From contig CAVVYR010000029.1 of NCBI GenBank assembly GCA_963752475.1, positions 178,689 through 242,688 of the forward strand: a stretch of DNA of 64,000 nt, in the 5' to 3' direction. This document shows, piece after piece, positions 58,155-64,000 of this stretch (position 1 is the first letter of the stretch; the number at the start of each line of letters is the position of its first letter). This stretch comes from an uncultured Chloroflexia bacterium (GTDB taxonomy: Bacteria; Chloroflexota; Limnocylindria; Limnocylindrales; CSP1-4). Below the pieces are notes generated by a model. That model saw only the letters and a program-made list of their open reading frames with translations. It was not told the DNA's origin and did no database searches. The translations under genes and the position numbers were made by a program.

Positions 58155-58226
58155 ACCATAGAGAGGACCGCGACCAGCGCGGCCCCGTGGTCGGATGCGA
58201 AGACCTCCGGCCCGATGGATGGGGGC

Positions 58227-58790
58227 ATGGACCAGGACTTGGTTGTCCGGGCGCAGCACGGCGACCAGCGGGCCTTCGAGGCCCTGGCGCTTGCCGACAG
58301 CCCTCGCCTGCACCGCGTGGCCTACGGCATCCTGCGTGACTCCGAGTCGGCCGAGGACGCGACCCAGCGAGCCCTCGTCGACATCTGGCGCGACATCGGC
58401 CGCCTCCGCGATCCGGCCAGGTACGAGGCCTGGTCGTACCGGCTCCTCGTCCATGCCTGCTACCGGGAGGCCCGGCAACGGCGTGACCTGCCATGCATCA
58501 CGGACGTCGCCGACGTGCAGGCGCCCGCTGCGGCCGGCGCCTTCCGCCAGGTCGACGACCGCGACCAGCTGGAACGCGGGTTCCGACAGCTTTCGGTGGA
58601 GCATCGGACGGTCATCGTGCTGCGCTGCCTCCTCGACCTGCCGATGGAGCAGGTGGCCGAGGCGCTCGGCGTCGCGCCCGGCACCGTCGGCTCCCGGCTC
58701 CACCGTGCGCTCCGAGCCATGCGAGCGGCCCTGGAGGCCGACGAGCGGACCACGACGAGCCACGGACTGCAGCGCGAGGCGGTCAGATGA
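58227..58790 (+). CDS. ECF RNA polymerase sigma factor
   Basis: GD..AF..L, AEDATQ, region 4 L....R.VI.L......VAEALGV..GTV.SRL.RA. Confidence 0.9.
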   Translation: MDQDLVVRAQHGDQRAFEALALADSPRLHRVAYGILRDSESAEDATQRALVDIWRDIGRLRDPARYEAWSYRLLVHACYREARQRRDLPCITDVADVQAPAAAGAFRQVDDRDQLERGFRQLSVEHRTVIVLRCLLDLPMEQVAEALGVAPGTVGSRLHRALRAMRAALEADERTTTSHGLQREAVR

Positions 58791-60142
58791 ACGACGAACA
58801 GCTGCTGCACGACCTCGGTTCATGGCTGAAGGACACGGACACCGCCCATCCCGACGCCGAACGCATAACGGCGCGGGCGATGAGCCAGGTGCCACAGGTC
58901 CGCCAGCGCGGACGCTGGTGGCCGTTGCCGGCGCTCGATCGCGGGAGCCCGCCTGCGCCTGCCTCGGGGTCGACGGTGTTCTCCGCACTGCGGTTCGTGG
59001 CCGCGGGCATCATCATCGGGCTGTTCGGCGGCTTCCTGCTCGCCAGCGTCCTCACCACGCCGCCGATGGAGCAGGCCCCAGCTGCGGCGACCGACTCACC
59101 CGTCCCCGTGACGACCGAGGAGCTGCTCTCGACCGCGGCGACCGAGGAGATCGAACCCGGGCTCCTGCGGGTCGTCGACGATGGCATCCGGGACCTCGCC
59201 ACGGCCGACACCATCAGCCTCGTCAGTGGGCGGGACGGCAGCATCTGGCTGCTGTCGGAAGACCACCTCCTCCGAGTCGGCGCCGACGGGACGTATGGGT
59301 GGCCATCGGAGCTGGCCGGGCCTGTGAGCGAGTTCGAGGTCGCCCCCGACGGCACTGTCTGGATCGTGGGCGCGGGCGAGGACGGCGTCTCGACGCTTTG
59401 GTCCTTCGAGGGCGCACGGTGGACCCGCCACGGGCCGACCTCGGATACCCGCGCCATCGAGATCGCCGACGACGGCACGATCTGGGCCTTCTGGCAGGAC
59501 CAGGGGTCGGAGACGGTCAGCCTCGGCTACCTCGCCGGCGACGAGCGGCACCCCATCGGGGAGTGGCAGGAGGGTCGGGTGCACGGCGGACACCTCTACC
59601 TGTCCGGGTCGGACGACGTCTGGATCGCCGGAGCCCCGGCGCACCGGGAGGGCAAGCCCGAGCTCTATCGCCTCGTCGATGGGACCCTGCAGCAGGAGTA
59701 CGCAGCTACCGTCGTGGCCGCCGACGTGGGCGCAGATGGTACGGCCTGGTTCGTCTCGCTCGACGAGCTCGTCCGACTGGACGCGGCCGCCGGGGATGCC
59801 GAGCCCGAGTCGTGGGCGCTGCCCGGATCGATGACCGCCGAGTGGGGCAGCATGCCGTGGTGGACGTTCCTGCCCGGCGATGCCTTCAGGGCCGCGCCCA
59901 ACGGCAGCGTCTGGTTCGCGCTGCGGGCCGAGTCCGGGCCGCCCGTCCCGGAGGTGGCCTGTGGCGGGATCGCGGGCTTCGACGGCACGACATGGCTGGG
60001 CCCGTTCCTGCCGGACCGGTGTGTCGAGTCCATCCAGCTGGCCGCCGACGGCTCGGTCTGGCTGCTGGCCCGCGACGCGGAGCATGCCGATGACCTCGTC
60101 GATCTCTTCGTCATCGACCCGGAGGCCGCGGCCGCCGCTTGA
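58787..60142 (+). CDS. Putative anti-sigma factor: short cytoplasmic domain, one TM, extracellular beta-propeller-like domain
   Basis: ATGA overlap with the sigma gene; repeated (A)PDG(T/S)VW blades. Confidence 0.75.
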   Translation: MNDEQLLHDLGSWLKDTDTAHPDAERITARAMSQVPQVRQRGRWWPLPALDRGSPPAPASGSTVFSALRFVAAGIIIGLFGGFLLASVLTTPPMEQAPAAATDSPVPVTTEELLSTAATEEIEPGLLRVVDDGIRDLATADTISLVSGRDGSIWLLSEDHLLRVGADGTYGWPSELAGPVSEFEVAPDGTVWIVGAGEDGVSTLWSFEGARWTRHGPTSDTRAIEIADDGTIWAFWQDQGSETVSLGYLAGDERHPIGEWQEGRVHGGHLYLSGSDDVWIAGAPAHREGKPELYRLVDGTLQQEYAATVVAADVGADGTAWFVSLDELVRLDAAAGDAEPESWALPGSMTAEWGSMPWWTFLPGDAFRAAPNGSVWFALRAESGPPVPEVACGGIAGFDGTTWLGPFLPDRCVESIQLAADGSVWLLARDAEHADDLVDLFVIDPEAAAAA

Positions 60143-60160
60143 CCGGCCGGGGCCCAGTGC

Positions 60161-60709
60161 TCAGGAGCCGACGAGACCCTCGAAGAGCATCATGGCCCGG
60201 ACGTCTCCCGGTGCCGCGTCGGGATGGTCGGACTGGGCGTTGAAGGTGTAGGCGATCGCGTGGATCTCACCGCTCGCACCCTCGAAGACGCCGGTCCCCC
60301 CGGTGATGATGGTCGTGCCCCAGCAGCTGTAGAAGCCACCGGGCTCCGGGACGTCATCAGGGATGCAGTCGCCGCTTGCGGTCCCGGCCAGGGTGTCACC
60401 GCTCTCGAAGGTGTAGGTGATGGTACCGAGCTGGACGTTGTCGAGCGTGTCGGTCGGGACGTAGCAGTTCACCTGCCTGATGGTGATCGCGCCGAGCTGT
60501 GGCGACTCGCCGTAGGCCGTCACCTCGCTGGTCATGCCGATGTCGCAGCCGAGTGGGTTGTCCTCGTTGGGGTGGAGGTAGCCCTCCGCCTCGCCGGAGA
60601 AGTACTGCCGAGCGTCGTCGGCGCCCTCCTGGCCCAGCCCGACGCTCGACGCGCCGAGCAGCAGGATCGCAGTGGCCGTGCCGGTCGCCACCAGCCTGAT
60701 CGCTCGCAT
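60161..60709 (-). CDS. Secreted hypothetical protein, paralog of the C-terminal domain of 56940-57959
   Basis: Signal peptide; shared NP.GC.IG.TS, NCY.P, GDCIP, GGTG.FEGASG.I, FEGLV. Confidence 0.8.
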   Translation of the reverse strand: MRAIRLVATGTATAILLLGASSVGLGQEGADDARQYFSGEAEGYLHPNEDNPLGCDIGMTSEVTAYGESPQLGAITIRQVNCYVPTDTLDNVQLGTITYTFESGDTLAGTASGDCIPDDVPEPGGFYSCWGTTIITGGTGVFEGASGEIHAIAYTFNAQSDHPDAAPGDVRAMMLFEGLVGS

Positions 60710-60729
60710 GCAGTTCCCCCTCGATGCAG

Positions 60730-60805
60730 GCGGGTCGGGTTCGCCAGTGGCTCCCCGCGGCCCAGGCGGCCATCTTCAACGGGCCGCGCGTCGATGCCTC
60801 CCGCT
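60730..60805 (-). ncRNA. c-di-GMP-II-like riboswitch aptamer (variant), copy 2
   Basis: Same core as copy 1 with compensated P3 (CGCGGCCC/GGGCCGCG); ends about 20 nt before ATG. Confidence 0.75.
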
Positions 60806-61165
60806 ACGGCGATTCTCTCGCGGGTGTCCATTGCGATCCGGAACGCCATGGATCGCGGGTCTTGTCTGGTCGTCGCCGCCATGGCGAGCGCCTGATGCCG
60901 TCCCTGCCTCGGTCGGCGGCGGATTCGATCGTCGATGCCGGGAGTGCCTCGACCGGCCGCTACCAGATGCCAGATGAAGCCCCGGGGGGCTCGATCGGGG
61001 GTGCCGGCCGGCGCTCATGCCGCGGGACCTCGATCGACCAACGGCCCGGTCGACCGAGTCACCGGGGGCAGGACCGAGGCGAGGGCACGGGGAACGAGAG
61101 ACGCCTCGCGCCCGTACCACAGCCGACCCCGCCGGTCATCGAGCGGCCACGGCGGCCGTGCCGCA

Positions 61166-61673
61166 TGTGACTCCAGGGTGAGGCGCGCATGATGCGGCCA
61201 TGGACCGAGATCGGACCCTGCCCGAGCGACCGGCACGCCGGACGTTCAGCGCCGAGTACAAGCAATGCATCCTCGATGAGTACGAGGCCGCCACCGAGGA
61301 GGGCGCTATCCTGCGCCGGGAGGGTCTCTGTACCTCGCACATCACCGAGTGGCGCCGGGCCCGTGACGCGGGCGCCCTCGCCGGCCTGGCGCCGAGGCCG
61401 AGACCCCGCGCCAAGTCACCCGAGCAGCGCGAGCTGGTCCGCCAGCGGCGTCGTGCCGAGCGGGCCGAGGCCGAGCTGGCCAAGGCCCGCCTGGTCATCG
61501 ACATCCAAGGAAAAGCATCGGAGCTCTTGGAGCGGCTGCTGGCCGAGAGCGACGAGGACGAGAAGCAGTCGCGGTGATCGACGCCGCGTTCGAGACGCTG
61601 GAGCCGCTGGTGGGTACGTCGGGAGCGTGCGCCGCAGAGCATCGCGCGACCGTGTGTCTCATCGCGCTTGACA
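61166..61673 (+). mobile_element. Internally deleted IS3-family element
   Basis: OrfA present; OrfB reduced to a short N-terminal stub; tentative TG...CA imperfect ends. Confidence 0.6.
61200..61577 (+). CDS. IS3-family transposase OrfA
   Basis: RRTFSAEYK..IL.EY, GAILRREGL..SHI..WRR, coiled coil, VIDIQGKASELL. Confidence 0.8.
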   Translation: MDRDRTLPERPARRTFSAEYKQCILDEYEAATEEGAILRREGLCTSHITEWRRARDAGALAGLAPRPRPRAKSPEQRELVRQRRRAERAEAELAKARLVIDIQGKASELLERLLAESDEDEKQSR

Positions 61674-61763
61674 GGTTCCGTCGCTGCAGCCTTGTGGGAC
61701 ACCATAACTGGACGTGATCCGCTCCGGGGTCTGAGCACGGTGCCACTGCGCTCAGGCGTTTCG

Positions 61764-61810
61764 GCCTTCCAAGCTGGATGTCGCGGGTTCGAATCCCGTC
61801 TCCCGCTCCA
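61764..61810 (+). repeat. attR-like copy of the 3' 47 nt of tRNA-Gly
   Basis: Exact match to 56297-56343; lacks the 5' acceptor strand and D arm. Confidence 0.92.
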
Positions 61811-61878
61811 CCCCCTGTTGTATCTGGGTGGGAATCCATGCCGCGTGAGCTGGCACGACGGCCGAGCAGTCTCGGTCC

Positions 61879-63993
61879 ATGCCACGCACGAAGGCCGATC
61901 CCACCGTCGTCCGACCACCATGTCCCGAGCACCCCGGCAGCCGGGTCCGACTGGACGGCTATCGAAACTGCCGCTGGAGCCCAGCGCATCGGCGACCGAG
62001 ATATCGGTGTGTGACCGTGCCGGGCACCCGCGGCCACTCGTTCAGCCTGCCCGTCGCGGTGCGCCAGCCGACCGAGGAGCATCCCGACTCGGGCGCGGGA
62101 TGCCCGACGTGCGACCGCCTGTATGGCCGCGACGAGGGGGTGCCGACCGGCCGTGGCTTCGTGTTCGGACACGCCGAGATCGCCCGCCTCTTCCTGCGGG
62201 TCGGCGAGGGCATGAGCCTGCGCGCCGCGAGCCAGGATCTGCGCGCCGCGGTCCTCCGCTCGGACGGCCCCGACACTAGCCGCCAGGCGAACCTCGCGGT
62301 CGACTACCTCGACGCCTTCGCGCCGGCCATCGTGGACGCCCTCCACCCGACGGCCTGGCCGCGGGTCGTCGTCCTCGACTCGCGGACCCTCTTCACGCGG
62401 AGCTATCGGGCCAGCCGGGCCGCTGGCGACGGCGGACCCGACGAGGCCTGGGTCGCGGAGCAGAAGGCGGGCACGATCCTCGTCGCGCTCGACGGCACGA
62501 GCGTCCGTCCGCGACCCTGCCTCATGCGCGTCGCGGGAGCCAAGGACACCGAGAGCTGGAAGGCGTTGTTCGCCACCCTCACCGGCCGGCCCGACGTGGT
62601 CGTGGCCGATCTCGATGCGGCCATCGCCCGCGCCGTGCGGGAGACCTGGCCGGCCGCGATCCTCGTGCCCTCGCGCCATCATCTCGCAGCGCTCATGCGC
62701 GAGCGGGCCCTCGCCGACGGCGTGCCCGCACGGGCCCGGACCGAGACGCCGCTCCCGCTCCCCCGACCCCTGCCCTGGACCGGCGAGCGCACGAAGCGCT
62801 GGATCGAGCATCCGCTCCACGCGGCGATGCTCGGTGCCCTGCGCGGGCCCGAGGCGTGGGCCGCCTTCGAGGCGCTCGTCGAGCGCCATGTGCCACCCGA
62901 CCGACTGGCGCTGCGAGGCTGGATGGCCACGAACGAGCCGCTCGTCCGCCGCGGCTGGGAGATCGCCGCCCGACATCCCGACCTCCCCCGCTCGACGGGT
63001 TCGCTCGAGGGCGCCATCGGGGAGTGGCTGGCGCCCATCGCCCGGCGCGCCGGGCGCTGGCAGAACGCGCGGCGGCTCGATCTCGTGCTGGCGCTCATGA
63101 CCCTGCGCGCGCGGGGCGAGGCGCGAGAGGCGCGCTATGCCCGCATCGTGCGCGATGCCTTCGCGGTCCACGGCAACCGCTCCCATGTCGCGGAGCCGGC
63201 GTCGTCATCGACCGCGCGGCCGGCGATCGGTTGGTGGCGGACATGGAAGGACCACGGCGAGCCGTCGCTGCCGCGGCTCGTGCGCGAGGCCGACCGTCGC
63301 TGGCGCCGGCGTGCCGTCGATGACCATGCCGCCCGGGTCAAGGAGCGCCTCGCCGAGCGCTACGCCACCGAGGCTGACCTGCGCACCCGGCTCGATCTGC
63401 CCACGCCGCCGTCGGGGCGACCGCGACGAGCACACGCCCGACGGGCGGGTGACTCGGTCCGGGGCCGGCGCCTGTCGGACTACCCCGAGCTCGTGGCCGA
63501 GTGGGCCTGGGACGTCAACGGCGAGCTCGATCCCACGACGCTCGCGGCGGGCTCGGCCGAGCGGGTCGCCTGGCGCTGCCTGCTCGAGCCCGCCCATGTC
63601 TGGGAGACGCGGGTCTCGAGCCGCACCGCCGGGGGCACCGGCTGCCCCTTCCACATGGGCATCCGGGTCCACCCCGCCGAGTCGCTCGCGGCCTTCTTCC
63701 CCTGGCTCGCGCAGGAGTGGCACCCCGAGCGCAACGACCTGCGGCCCGACCAGGTCACCCGGGCCTCGGCACGCAGGGTGGTCTGGCACTGCGAGTCCGG
63801 TCACGAGTGGGAGGCCGCCGTCTACCAGCGGACGCTGTCGGGCTCCGGCTGTCCCGAGTGCTATCGCCGCGAGGCCGATGTTCGTTCGAGGGCCGGGCGG
63901 GCGCGTGCCCGCCGTGCCAAGGACGAGGCCGAGGCCGAGGCCGCCAGGATCATCCGCCTCGGCGAACGCCTCTCGGGTGGCGAGGCCGGCTGA
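61879..63993 (+). CDS. DDE transposase-like protein (IS256/Mutator-like) fused to two DUF4379-type zinc ribbons
   Basis: N-terminal Cys/His finger and HTH (GMSLRAAS); VVVLD167, VVVAD244, SxxH, STGSLE377; two PxLxxEW...N...W.C...H.W...R...GCP repeats. Confidence 0.7.
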   Translation: MPRTKADPTVVRPPCPEHPGSRVRLDGYRNCRWSPAHRRPRYRCVTVPGTRGHSFSLPVAVRQPTEEHPDSGAGCPTCDRLYGRDEGVPTGRGFVFGHAEIARLFLRVGEGMSLRAASQDLRAAVLRSDGPDTSRQANLAVDYLDAFAPAIVDALHPTAWPRVVVLDSRTLFTRSYRASRAAGDGGPDEAWVAEQKAGTILVALDGTSVRPRPCLMRVAGAKDTESWKALFATLTGRPDVVVADLDAAIARAVRETWPAAILVPSRHHLAALMRERALADGVPARARTETPLPLPRPLPWTGERTKRWIEHPLHAAMLGALRGPEAWAAFEALVERHVPPDRLALRGWMATNEPLVRRGWEIAARHPDLPRSTGSLEGAIGEWLAPIARRAGRWQNARRLDLVLALMTLRARGEAREARYARIVRDAFAVHGNRSHVAEPASSSTARPAIGWWRTWKDHGEPSLPRLVREADRRWRRRAVDDHAARVKERLAERYATEADLRTRLDLPTPPSGRPRRAHARRAGDSVRGRRLSDYPELVAEWAWDVNGELDPTTLAAGSAERVAWRCLLEPAHVWETRVSSRTAGGTGCPFHMGIRVHPAESLAAFFPWLAQEWHPERNDLRPDQVTRASARRVVWHCESGHEWEAAVYQRTLSGSGCPECYRREADVRSRAGRARARRAKDEAEAEAARIIRLGERLSGGEAG

Positions 63994-64000
63994 GCGGCAT

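Larger units (their letters stand above)
56297..61810. mobile_element. Decayed integrative genomic island in tRNA-Gly
   Basis: Identical 47-bp direct repeats 56297-56343 and 61764-61810; integrase remnant next to the tRNA. Confidence 0.85.

Noticed and set aside
56344-61763. Prophage or ICE
   Set aside because: No structural, replication or conjugation genes; only a small decayed island
61764-61810. Second tRNA-Gly gene
   Set aside because: Only positions 30-76 are present; upstream sequence cannot form the acceptor stem or D arm
61816-61840. Tn7-like left end (TGT start) beside the tRNA copy
   Set aside because: No repeated TnsB sites and no TnsB/TnsC/TniQ genes in the window; the right end cannot be examined

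Overview
High-GC bacterial chromosome segment. Gene content and pervasive leaderless promoters suggest Chloroflexota (possibly Limnocylindria) or an actinobacterium; the taxonomy is inference only. 1-21 kb is a phosphate/polyphosphate supercluster (ppx, ppk2, ppk1, CYTH-CHAD, a Lys/Ala-rich histone-like gene, pstSCAB-phoU, arsC, sixA, PhoR/PhoB-like pair) with an embedded arcC-arcB-arcA operon and a 4x11-bp PHO-box-like array. 21-54 kb is mostly housekeeping and metabolism (gltX, upp, proC, rpiB, nnrE, ABC transporters, F420-type oxidoreductases, heme-type ABC) with two structured intergenic repeat elements. 54.9-64 kb is an accessory hotspot around tRNA-Gly(TCC). It holds vapBC, a tandem-HNH gene whose stop codon lies inside the tRNA, and a 5.5-kb decayed integrative island bounded by a 47-bp tRNA repeat. 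The island carries an ECF sigma/anti-sigma pair and two paralogous secreted proteins, each preceded by a c-di-GMP-II-like riboswitch variant. A DDE transposase-like protein fused to two DUF4379-type zinc ribbons follows. All family calls come from motif recognition by eye; no searches were run.
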